In this document: positions 1-12,800 of the stretch, piece after piece | How the letters are laid out: every line of letters begins with the position of its first letter | Position numbering within the stretch: position 1 is the stretch's first letter | Assembly: GCF_964355755.1 (NCBI RefSeq) | Contig: NC_092673.1 | Span: 10,698,948 to 10,762,947, forward strand | DNA: 64,000 bases | Source of the DNA: Antedon mediterranea | Lineage: Eukaryota > Animalia > Echinodermata | Direction: 5' to 3' | Notes under the pieces: generated by a model | Databases searched by the model: none | What the model saw: the letters and a program-made list of their open reading frames with translations, nothing else | Told to the model about the DNA's origin: nothing | Made by a program: the position numbers and the translations under genes

Positions 1-210
1 AGAGATAGATCAGCGAGAGAGAGATAGATCAGCGAGAGAGAGATAGATCAGCGGGGGAGAGAGAGAGAAATATCAGCGAGAGAGATAGATCAGCGAGAGA
101 GAGAGAGATAGATCAGCGAGAGAGAGATAGATCAGCGAGAGAGAGAGAGAGAGAGATAGATCAGCGAGAGAGAGAGATAGATTAGCGAGAGAGAGAGAGA
201 GAGAGATAGA

Positions 211-241
<31 letters not shown>

Positions 242-285
242 TAGATGAGCCAGAGAGAGAGAGAGATAAGCGAGAGAGAGATAGA

Positions 286-316
<31 letters not shown>

Positions 317-781
317 TCAGTGAGAAAGAGATAGATCAGCGAGAGAGAGAGAGAGAGAGATCAGCGAGAGAGAGATAGATCAGCTAGAGAGAGATAGATC
401 AGCGAGAGAGATAGATAGATCAGCGAGAGAGATAGATAGATCAGCGAGAGAGAGATAGATAAGCGAGAGATAGATAGATCAGCGAGAGAGAGATAGATCA
501 GCGGGACAGAGATAGATCAGCAAGAGAGAGATAGATCAGCGAGAGATAGATAGATCAGCGAGAAAGAGATAGATCAGCGAGAGAGAGAGATAGATCAGCG
601 AGAGAGAGAGATAGATCAGCGTGAGAGAGAGATAGATCAGCGAGAGAAAGATAGATCAGCGAGAGAGAGATAGATCAGCGAGAAAGAGATAGATCAGCGG
701 GGGAGAGAGAGAGAAATATCAGCGAGAGAGATAGATCAGCGAGAGAGAGAGAGAGAGATAGATCAGCGAGAGAGAGATAGA

Positions 782-812
<31 letters not shown>

Positions 813-2310
813 TAGATCAGCGAGAGAGAGAGATAGATCAGCGAGAGAGAGAGAGAGATAGATCAGCGAGAGAGAGAGAGAGAGATAGATCAGCGAGAGA
901 GAGAGATAAGCGAGAGAGAGATAGATCAGCGAGAGAGAGAGAGAGAGATCAGTGAGAAAGAGATAGATCAGCGAGAGAGAGAGAGAGAGATCAGCGAGAG
1001 AGAGATAGATCAGCTAGAGAGAGATAGATCAGCGAGAGAGAGAGAGAGAGATATCAGCGAGAGAGAGAGAGAGAGATATAGATCAGCGAGAGAGAGAGAG
1101 ATAGATCAGCGAGAGAGAGAGAGATCAGCGAGAGAGAGAGAGAGAGATAGATCAGCAAGAGCGAGATAGATCAGCGAGAGAGAGATAGATCAGCGAGAGA
1201 GAGATAGATCAGCGAGAGAGAGATAGATCAGCGAGAGAGATATAGATCAGCGAGAGAGAGATAGATCAGCGAGAGAGAGATAGATCAGCGAGAGAGAGAT
1301 AGATCAGTGAGAGAGAGATAGATCAGCGAGAGAGAGAGATATATCAGCGAGAGAGAGATAGATCAGCGAGAGAGAGATAGATCAGCAAGAGAGAGATAGA
1401 TCAGCGAGAGAGAGATAGATCAGCGAGAGAGAGATAGATCAGCGAGAGATAGATAGATCAGCGAGAAAGAGATAGATCAGCGAGAGAGAGATAGATCAGC
1501 GTGAGAGAGAGATAGATCAGCGAGAGAGAGATAGATCAGCGAGAGAGAGATAGATCAGCGAGAGAGAGATAGATCAGCGGGGGAGAGAGAGAGAAATATC
1601 AGCGAGAGCGATAGATCAGCGAGAGAGAGAGAGATAGATCAGCGAGAGAGAGATAGATCAGCGAGAGAGAGAGAGAGATAGATCAGCGAGAGAGAGAGAT
1701 AGATCAGCGAGAGAGAGAGAGAGAGAGATAGATCAGCGAGAGAGAGAGAGAGATAAGCGAGAGAGAGATAGATCAGCGAGAGAGAGAGAGAGATCAGTGA
1801 GAAAGAGATAGATCAGCGAGAGAGAGAGAGAGATCAGCGAGAGAGAGATAGATCAGCTAGAGAGAGATAGATCAGCGAGAGAGAGAGAGAGAGAGAGATA
1901 TCAGCGAGAGAGAGAGAGAGATATAGATTAGCGAGAGAGAGAGAGATAGATCAGCGAGAGAGAGAGATAGATCAGCAAGAGCGAGATAGATCAGCGAGAG
2001 AGAGATAGATCAGCGAGAGAGAGATAGATCAGCGAGAGAGAGATAGATCAGCGAGAGAGATATAGGTCAGCGAGAGAGAGATAGATCAGCGAGAGAGAGA
2101 TAGATCAGCGAGAGAGAGATAGATCAGTGAGAGAGAGATAGATCAGCGAGAGAGAGAGATATATCAGCGAGAGAGAGATAGATCAGCGAGAGAGAGATAG
2201 ATCAGCAAGAGAGAGATAGATCAGCGAGAGAGAGATAGATCAGCGAGAGAGAGATAGATCAGCGAGAGAGAGATAGATCAGCGAGAGAGATAGATCAGCG
2301 AGAGAGAGAG
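1..2310 (+). repeat. Compound GA-rich micro/minisatellite, unit ~20 bp: (GA)n-TAGATCAGC
   Basis: Continuous GAGAGAGATAGATCAGC-type units with variable GA number; strongly purine-biased + strand. Confidence 0.98.
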
Positions 2311-3827
2311 TGTCACAAGTGATTTAATTTTTGTTCCATTGTACCGTATGAGGGGGGTCATTCATGCGTAGCGGCCTCTTATTGGATGATGGGTTGATAT
2401 ATAAAGTGTGTGCGGGAACGGCGCGAGGTTGAAAACAAAGAGTTGGGAGTAAGCTGAGTGTTGCATTTCTTGATTGGGTGTGGCAAACTACTATTGTTGT
2501 ATTGATAAGTTGCTAAGCAGAGAAAATAAAGAAAACCACAAAGTAAGAGATATAGATATTTGATGCACACTTCAGCGATATTGTAGTCGTGTAATAAATA
2601 ACTCCTTAATTTCTAATCTGAGGTCTCTTTTTACGACTGTTAATTGAGTGGTAGGCTGCATTGAAGAACGGATTGACTAATTGAATTTATAACTAAAGGA
2701 CTCTGACAACCAGAACACTTGTGAGTACGGAATAGTAACGATATTTGAATTGAACTAGACGGAAAGGAAAAACTTACTACTAGTACGACACACCATTGAA
2801 TTGGAGACATTAAAGAAAAACGTTAAAGAAAAGAAGGACGGGTACAGAAATAATGCGTGGAATGTTACATACAACGGCTACTGGTGTGTGAAATAGCCAC
2901 CTGATTGGAACTTACATGGCATTATCAACGTGTAAACTTATTGTAATTATATATATATATATATATATGGAATAGATAGATGAATTATGAAATAATAAAT
3001 AGTATATGTGTGGAAAAGAATAGAATAGTATATGAATTTAAGAAATATTGTGAAACAACTTATTGTAATTATATATATGGAATAGATAGATGAATTATGA
3101 AATAACGAATATTATTATGTGTGGAAAAGAATAGAATAATTTACGAACTTAAGAAATAGTGTGAAACAAAGTTTTGTTATTATAAATATGGAATAGATAC
3201 TGAATTATGAATTAACGAGTATTATATAATTATGTGAAAAAGAAACGAACATAAATAAGACAAATTGATAAAATTAGTAGCTAAAATATATTAGAAGATG
3301 AATGATTTATAATCGAAGTATATAAGACGAGATAGAGAAATTGTTGTATTAATTGGATCATAGGGAATGGGGATAGTAATTTAAGAGGGTAATTCGAGAT
3401 TTATATGATAAAATTAATTGAATAATATTGTAAAGTGTAACGATTATGCAAGTATACGTATGGCGGAATTAGGGTAGAGTGTATTTGGAATAGAAGTAAT
3501 TATTTATTTATTGTTGTATTCATTTATTTGTTTATTGTATTTAATTGGGTTTTGAGTATTAGGAAAGGGGTAAAGGCCATCTCTAGAGATAACTGGGGGA
3601 GTAAAGGGAACTTGTAAGATATTTAGTTATGTGTTTATTGTTAACGGGTATTTATTTATTAGATGTTATTGAATGGTTAAATGTGAAACTTCATATGAAT
3701 GCTCGTTTGAGCCTGAGGTATAAATATTTAAAAGAAAAGGAAAAAAAAAAATTAAAATAACGATAGAAGTGCTTGAAGTAATTTGTAATTGTTTTCTGTA
3801 TAACTAAATTGGAAAGGTTTCGTGACA
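2311..3827 (+). mobile_element. Solo LTR of an LTR retrotransposon (superfamily undetermined)
   Basis: Unique 1517-bp block with TGTCAC...GTGACA inverted termini, flanked by GAGAG on both sides (TSD-compatible but uninformative in a GA array). TATA-like GATATATAAA ~2396, AATAAA ~2593; no coding capacity. Confidence 0.8.
2935..3250 (+). repeat. ~120-bp tandem repeat (about 3 copies) inside the solo LTR
   Basis: AACTTATTGTAATTATATAT..GGAATAGATAGATGAATTATGAAATAA..TGTGGAAAAGAATAGAA recurs at ~2935, ~3057, ~3170. Confidence 0.85.
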
Positions 3828-6800
3828 GAGAGATAGATCAGCGAGAAAGAGATAGATCAGCGAGAGAGAGAGATCAGCGAAAGAGAGAGAGAGAGATCAG
3901 TGAGAGAGAGATAGATCAGCGAGAGAGATAGAGAAAGATCAGCGAGAGAGATAGATCAGCGAGCGAGAGAGATAGATCAGCGAGAGAGAGAGATAGATCA
4001 GCGAGAGAGAGAGAGATAGATCAGCGAGAGATAGAGAGAGATAGATCAGCGAGAGAGAGATAGATCAGCGAGAGAGAGAGAGATAGATCAGCGAGAGAGA
4101 TAGATTAGCAAGAGAGAGATAGATCAGCGAGAGAGAGAGAGAGAGATCAGCGAGAGAGAGATAGATCAGCGAGAGATAGATAAATCAGCGAGAGAGAGAT
4201 ATATAGATCAGCGAGAGAGAGATAGATAGATCAGCGAGAGAGAGATAGATAGATCAGCGAGAGAGAGAGATAGATAGATCAGCGAGAGAGAGATAGATAG
4301 ATCAGCGAGAGAGAGAGAGAGATAGATCAGCGAGAGAGAGAGATAGATCAGCGAGAGAGAGATAGATCAGCGAGAGAGAGAGATATATCAGAAAGAGAGA
4401 GATAGATCAGCGAGAGAGAGAGAGAGATAGATCAGCGAAAGAGAGATAGATCAGCGAGAGAGAGATAGATCAGCGAGATTGAGATAGATCAGCGAGAGAG
4501 AGATAGATCAGAGAGAGAGAGAGATAGATCAGCGAGAGAGAGATAGATCAGCGAGAGAGAGAGAGAGATAGATCAGCAAGAGAGAGAGAGATCGGTGAGG
4601 GAGAGATAGATCAGCGAGAGAGAGATAGATCAGCAAAAGAGAGATAGATCAACGAGAGAGAGAGAGATAGATCAACGAGAGAGAGAGATAGATAGATCAG
4701 CGAGAGAGAGTTAGATCAGCGAGAGAGAGATAGATCAGCGAGAGAGATATAGATCAGCGAGAGAGAGATAGATAGATCAGCAAGAGAGAGATAGATCAGC
4801 GAAAGAGAGATAGATCAGCGAGAGAGAGAGATAGATCAACGAGAGGGAGATAGATTTTTCAGCGAGAGAGATAGATCAGCGAGAGAGAGATAGATCAGCG
4901 AGAGAGATAGATCAGCGAGAGAGAGATATATAGATCAGCAAGAGAGAGATAGGTCAGCGAGAGAGAGATAGATCAGCGAGAGAGAGAGAGAGAGAGATAG
5001 ATCAGCGAGAGAGAGATAGATCAGCGAGAGAGAGAGAGAGATAGATCAGCGATAGAGAGATAGATCAGCGAGAGAGAGAGATAGATCAGCAAGAGAGAGA
5101 GATAGATCAGCGAGAGAGAGATAGATCAGCGAGAGAGAGATAGATCAGCGAGAGAGAGAGAGAAATAGATCAGCGAGAGAAAGATAGATCAGCGAGATAG
5201 AGATAGATCAGCGAGAAAGAGAGAGATAGATCAGCGAGAGAGAGATAGATCAGCGAGGGAGAGATAGATCAGCGAGAGAGAGATAGTTCAGCGAGAGAGA
5301 GAGATAGATCAGCGAGAGAGAGAGATAGATCAGCGAGAGAGAGATAGATCAGCGAGAGAGAGATAGATCAGCGAGATTGAGATAGATCAGTGAGAGAGAG
5401 ATAGATCAGAGAGAGAGAGATAGATCAGCGAGAGAGAGATAGATCAGCGAGAGAGAGAGAGAGAGATAGATCAGCAAGAGAGAGAGAGATCGGTGAGGGA
5501 GAGATAGATCAGCGAGAGAGAGATAGATCAGCAAAAGAGAGATAGATCAACGAGAGAGAGAGATAGATCAACGAGAGAGAGATAGATAGATCAGCGAGAG
5601 AGAGTTAGATCAGCGAGAGAGAGATAGATCAGCGAGAGAGATATAGATCAGCGAGAGAGAGATAGATAGATCAGCAAGAGAGAGATAGATCAGCGAAAGA
5701 GAGATAGATCAGCGAGAGAGAGAGATAGATCAACGAGAGGGAGATAGATTTTTCAGCGAGAGAGATAGATCAGCGAGAGAGAGATAGATCAGCGAGAGAG
5801 ATAGATCAGCGAGAGAGAGATATATAGATCAGCAAGAGAGAGATAGGTCAGCGGGAGAGAGATAGATCAGCGAGAGAGAGAGAGAGATAGATCAGCGAGA
5901 GAGAGATAGATCAGCGAGAGAGAGAGAGATAGATCAGCGATAGAGAGATAGATCAGCGAGAGAGAGAGATAGATCAGCGAGAGAGAGATAGATCAGCGAG
6001 AGAGAGATAGATCAGCGAGAGAGAGATAGATCAGCGAGAGAGAGAGAGAGAAATAGATCAGCGAGAGAGATAGATCAGCGAGATAGAGATAGATCAGCGA
6101 GCAAGAGAGAGATAGATCAGCGAGAGAGAGATAGATCAGCGAGAGAGAGATAGATCAGCGAGAGAGAGAGATAGATCAGCGAGAGAGAAGATAGATCAGC
6201 GAGAGAGAGAGATAGATAAGCGAGAGAGATAGATCAGCGAGAAAGAGATAGATCAGCGAGAGAGAGATAGATCAGCGAGATTGAGATAGATAAGCGAGAG
6301 AGAGATAGATCAGCGAGAGAGAGATAGATAGATCAGCGAGAGAGAGATAGATCAGCGAGAGATAGATAGATCAGCGAGAGAGAGATAGATCAGCGAGAGA
6401 GAGATAGATCAGCGAGAGAGAGATAGATCAGCGAGAGAGAGATAGATCAGCGAGAGAGAGATAGATCAGTGAGAGAGAGATAGATCAGCGAGAGAGAGAT
6501 AGATCAGCGAGAGAGAGAGAGATAGATCAGCGAGAGAGAGATAGATCAGCGATAGAGAGATAGATCAGCGAGAGAGTGAGATAGATAAGCGATAGAGAGA
6601 TAGATTAGCGAGAGAGAGAGATATATCAGCGAGAGAGAGATAGATCAGCAAGAGAGAGAGATAGATTAGCGAGAGAGAGATAGATCAGCGAGAGATAGAT
6701 CAGCGAGAGAGATAGATAGATCAGCGAGAGAGATAGATCAGCGAGAGAGATAGATCAGCGAAAAAGATAGATCAGCGAGAAAGATAGATCAGCGAGAGAG

Positions 6801-9800
6801 ATAGATCAGCGAGAGATCAGCGAGAGAGAGATAGATCAGCGAGAAAAAGATAGATCAGCGAGAGAGAGATAGATAAGCGAGAGAGAGATAGATCAGCGAG
6901 AGAGAGATAGATAGATCAGCGAGAGAGAGATAGATAGATCAGCGAGAGAGAGATAGATCAGCGAGAGAGAGAGAAAGAGATAGATCAGCGAGAGAGAGAG
7001 ATAGATCAGCGAGAGAGAGATAGATCAGCGAGAGAGAGAGAGATAGATCAGCGAGAGAGAGATATATCAGCGAGAGAGAGAGATAGAGAGATAGATCAGC
7101 GATAGAGAGATAGATCAGCGAGAGAGAGATAGATAGATCAGCGAGAGAGAGATAGATCAGCGAGAGATAGATAGATCAGCGAAAGAGAGATAGATCAGCG
7201 AAAGAGAGATAGATCAGCAACAGAGAGATAGATCAGCGAGAGAGAGATAGATCAGCGAGAGAGAGATAGATCAGCGACAGAGAGATAGATCAGCGACAGA
7301 GAGATAGATCAGCGAGAGAGAGAGAGATAGATCAGCGAGAGAGAGATAGATCAGCGAGAGAGAGAGAGATAGATCAGCGATAGAGAGATAGATCAGCGAG
7401 AGAGAGAGATAGATAAGCGATAGAGAGATAGATTAGCGAGAGAGAGAGATAGATCAGCGAGAGAGAGATAGATCAGCGAGAGAGAGAGAGAGATAGATCA
7501 GCAAGAGAGAGAGAGATCGGTGAGGGAGAGATAGATCAGCGAGAGAGAGATAGATCAGCAAAAGAGAGATAGATCAACGAGAGAGAGAGATAGATCAACG
7601 AGAGAGAGATAGATAGATCAGCGAGAGAGAGTTAGATCAGCGAGAGAGAGATAGATCAGCGAGAGAGATATAGATCAGCGAGAGAGAGATAGATAGATCA
7701 GCAAGAGAGAGATAGATCAGCGAAAGAGAGATAGATCAGCGAGAGAGAGAGATAGATCAACGAGAGAGAGATAGATTTTTCAGCGAGAGAGATAGATCAG
7801 CGAGAGAGAGATAGATCAGCGAGAGAGATAGATCAGCGAGAGAGAGATATATAGATCAGCAAGAGAGAGATAGGTCAGCGAGAGAGAGATAGATCAGCGA
7901 GAGAGAGAGAGAGATAGATCAGCGAGAGAGAGATAGATCAGCGAGAGAGAGAGAGAGATAGCTCAGCGATAGAGAGATAGATCAGCGAGAGAGAGAGATA
8001 GATCAGCGAGAGAGAGATAGATCAGCGAGAGAGAGATAGATCAGCGAGAAAGAGATAGATCAGCGAGAGAGAGAGAGAGAAATAGATCAGCGAGAGAGAT
8101 AGATCAGCGAGATAGAGATAGATCAGCGAGAAAGAGAGAGATAGATCAGCGAGAGAGAGATAGATCAGCGAGAGAGAGATAGATCAGCGAGAGAGAGATA
8201 GATCAGCGAGAGAGAGAGATAGATCAGCGAGAGAGAGAGATAGATCAGCGAGAGAGATAGATCAGCGAGAAAGAGATAGATCAGCGAGAGAGAGATAGAT
8301 CAGCGAGATTGAGATAGATAAGCGAGAGAGAGATAGATCAGCGAGAGAGAGATAGATAGATCAGCGAGAGAGAGATAGATCAGCGAGAGATAGATAGATC
8401 AGCGAGAGAGAGATAGATCAGCGAGAGAGAGATAGATCAGCGAGAGAGAGATAGATCAGCGAGAGAGAGATAGATCAGCGTGAGAGAGATAGATCAGTGA
8501 GAGAGATATAGATCAGCGAGAGAGAGATAGATCAGCGAGAGAGAGAGAGATAGATCAGCGAGAGAGAGATAGATCAGGGAGAGAGAGAGAGATAGATCAG
8601 CGATAGAGAGATAGATCAGCGAGAGAGTGAGATAGATAAGCGATAGAGAGATAGATTAGCGAGAGAGAAAGATATATCAGCGAGAGAGAGATAGATCAGC
8701 AAGAGAGAGAGATAGATTAGCGAGAGAGAGATAGATCAGCGAGAGATAGATCAGCGAGAGAGATAGATAGATCAGCGAGAGAGATAGATCAGCGAGAGAG
8801 ATAGATCAGCGAGAGAGATAGATCAGCGAGAAAGATAGATCAGCGAGAGAGATAGATCAGCGAGAGATCAGCGAGAGAGAGATAGATCAGCGAGAAAAAG
8901 ATAGATCAGCGAGAGAGAGATAGATCAGCGAGAGAGAGATAGATCAGCGAGAGAGAGATAGATAGATCAGCGAGAGAGAGATAGATAGATCAGCGAGAGA
9001 GAGAGAGAAAGAGATAGATCAGCGAGAGAGAGAGATAGATCAGCGAGAGAGAGAGATAGATCAGCGAGAGAGAGATAGATCAGCGAGAGAGAGATAGATC
9101 AGCGAGAGAGAGAGAGATAGATCAGCGAGAGAGAGATATATCAGCGAGAGAGAGAGAGATAGAGAGATAGATCAGCGATAGAGAGATAGATCAGCGAGAG
9201 AGAGATAGATAGATCAGCGAGAGAGATAGATCAGCGAGAGAGATAGATCAGCGAGAGAGATAGATCAGCGAGAGAGATAGATCAGCGAGAGATCAGCGAG
9301 AGAGAGATAGATCAGCGAGAAAGAGATAGATCAGCGAGAGAAAGATAGATCAGCGAGAGAGAGATAGATCAGCGAGAGAGAGAGAGATAGATAGATCAGC
9401 GAGAGAGAGATAGATAGATCAGCGAGAGAGAGAGAGAGAAAGAGATAGATCAGCGAGAGAGAGGGAGAGAGAGATAGATCAGCGAGAGAGAGATAGATCA
9501 GCGAGAGAGAGATAGATCAGCGAGAGAGAGAGAGATGGATCAGCGAGAGAGAGATAGATCAGCGAGAGAGAGAGAGATAGATCAGCGATAGAGAGATAGA
9601 TCAGCGAGAAAGAGAGATAGATCAGCGATAGAGAGATAGATCAGCGAGAGAGAGATAGATCAGCGAGAGAGAGATAGATCAGCGAGAGAGATAGATAGAT
9701 CAGCGAGAGAGAGATAGATCAGCGAGAGAAAGATAGATCAGCGAGAGAGAGATAGATCAACGAGAGAGAGATAGATCAGCGAGAGAGAGATAGATCAGCG

Positions 9801-12800
9801 AGAGAGAGAGAGATAGATCAGCGAGAGAGAGATAGATAGATCATCGAGAGAGATAGATCAGCGAGAGAGAGATAGATCAGCGAGAAAGAGATAGATCAGC
9901 AAGAGAGAGATAGATCAGCGAGAGAGAGATAGATCAACGAGAGAGAGATAGATCAGCGAGAGAGAGATAGATCAGCGACAGAGAGATAGATCAGCGAGAG
10001 AGAGAGATAGATAGATCAGCGGGAGAGAGATAGATCAGCGAGAGAGAGAGATAGATCAGCGAGAGAGAGGTAGATAGATCAGCGAGAGAGAAATAGATCA
10101 GCGATAGAGAGAGATAGATCAGCGAGAGAGAGATAGATCAGCGACAGAGAGATAGATCAGCGAGAGAGAGATAGATCAGCAAGAGAGAGAGATAGATCAG
10201 CGAGAGAGAGATAGATCAGCGAGAGAGAGAGAGATAGATCAGCGATAGAGAGATAGATCAGCGAGAGAGAGAGAGATAGATAAGCGATAGAGAAATAGAT
10301 TAGCGAGAGAGAGAGATAGATCAGCGAGAGAGAGATAGATCAGTAAGGGAGAGAGAGATAGATCAGCGAGAGAGAGATAGATCAGCGAGAGATAGATCAG
10401 CGAGAGAGATAGATAGATCAGCGAGAGAGATAGATCAGCGAGAGAGATAGATCAGCGAGAGAGATAGATCAGCGAGAAAGATAGATCAGCGAGAGATCAG
10501 CGAGAGAGAGATAGATCAGCCAGAAAGAGATAGATCAGCGAGAGAGAGATAGATCAGCGAGAGAGAGATAGATCAGCGAGAGAGAGATAGATAGATCAGC
10601 GAGAGAGAGATAGATAGATCAGCGAGAGAGAGATAGATCAGCGAGAGAGAGAGAGAGAGAGAGAAAGAGATAGATCAGCGAGAGAGAGAGAGAGATAGTT
10701 CAGCGAGAGAGAGATAGATCAGCGAGAGAGAGATAGATCAGCGAGAGAGAGATAGATCAGCGAGAGAGAGATAGATCAGCGAGAGAGAGAGATAGATCAG
10801 CGAGAGAGATAGATCAGCGAGAGAGAGAGAGAGATAGATAAGCGATAGAGAGAGAGATCAGCGAGAGAGAGATAGATCAGCGAGAGAGAGAGATAGATCA
10901 GTGAGAGAGAGATAGATCAGCGAGAGAGAGATAGATCAGCGAGAGAGAGATAGATCAGCGAGAGAGAAAGATCAGCGAGAGAGAGAGAGATCAACGAGAG
11001 AGAGATAGATCAGCGAGAGAGAGATAGATCAGCGAGAGAGAGAGAGAGAGATAGATCAGCGATAGAGAGATAGATCAGCGAGAGAGAGAGAGATAGATAA
11101 GCGATAGAGAAATAGATTAGCGAGAGAGAGAGATAGATCAGCGAGAGAGAGATAGATCAGTAAGGGAGAGAGAGATAGATCAGCGAGAGAGAGATAGATC
11201 AGCGAGAGATAGATCAGCGAGAGAGATAGATAGATCAGCGAGAGAGATAGATCAGCGAGAGAGATAGATCAGCGAGAGAGATAGATCAGCGAGAGATCAG
11301 CGAGAGAGAGATAGATCAGCCAGAAAGAGATAGATCAGCGAGAGAGAGATAGATCAGCGAGAGAGAGATAGATCAGCGAGAGAGAGATAGATAGATCAGC
11401 GAGAGAGAGATAGATAGATCAGCGAGAGAGAGATAGATCAGCGAGAGAGAGAGAGAGAGAGAAAGAGATAGATCAGCGAGAGAGAGAGAGAGAGATAGTT
11501 CAGCGAGAGAGAGATAGATCAGCGAGAGAGAGATAGATCAGCGAGAGAGAGATAGATCAGCGAGAGAGAGATAGATCAGCGAGAGAGAGAGATAGATCAG
11601 CGAGAGAGATAGATTAGCGAGAGAGAGAAAGAGAGATAGATAAGCGATAGAGAGAAAGATCAGCGAGAGAGAGAGATAGATCAGCGAGAGAGAGAGATAG
11701 ATCAGTGAGAGAGAGATAGATCAGCGAGAGAGAGATAGATCAGCGAGAGAGAGATAGATCAGCGAGAGAGAAAGATCAGCGAGAGAGAGAGAGATCAACG
11801 AGAGAGAGATAGATCAGCGAGAGAGAGATAGATCAGCGAGAGAGAGAGAGATAGATCAGCGAGAGAGAGATAGATAGATCAGCGAGAGAGATAGATCAGC
11901 GAGAGAGAGATAGATCAGCGAGAGAGAGATAGATCAGCGAGAGAGAGATAGATCAGCGAGAGAGATAGATCAACGAGAGAGAGATAGATCAGCGAGAGAG
12001 AGATAGATCAGCGAGAGAGAGATAGATCAGCGAGAGAGAGAGATAGATAGATCAGCGAGAGAGAGAGATAGATCAGCGAGAGAGAGATAGATCAGCGAGA
12101 GAGAGGTAGATAGATCAGCAAGAGAGAGGTAGATCAGCGATAGAGATAGATAGATCAGCGAGAGAGAGAGATAGATTAGCGAGAGAGAGATAGATCAGCG
12201 AGAGAGAGATAGATCAGCGAGAGAGAGATAGATAGATCAGCGAGAGAGAGATAGATCAGTGAGAGAGAGATAGATCAGCGAGAGAGAGAGATCAGTGAAG
12301 GAGAGATAGATCAGCGAGAGAGATAGATCAGCGAAAGAGAGATAGATCAACAAGAGAGAGAGATAGATCAACGAGAGAGAGATAGATAGATCAGCGAGAG
12401 AGAGTTAGATCAGCGAGAGAGAGATAGATCAGCGAGAGAGATATAGATCAGCGAGAGAGAGATAGATAGATAAACAAGAGAGAGATAGATCAGCGAAAGA
12501 GAGATAGATCAGCGAGAGAGAGAGATAGATCAACGAGAGAGAGATAGATAGATCAGCGAGATAGAGATAGATCAGCGAGAGAGATAGATCAGCGAGAGAG
12601 AGAGAAATAGATCAGCGAGAGAGAGATAGATCAGCGAGATAGAGATAGATCAGCGAGAGAGATAGATCAGCGAGAGAGAGAGAGAGAGTGATAGATCAGC
12701 GAGAGAGAGAAAGATCAGCGAGAGAGAGATAGATCAGCGAGAGAGAGGGATAGATCAGCGAGAGAGAGAGATAGATCAGCGAGAGAGATAGATCAGCGAG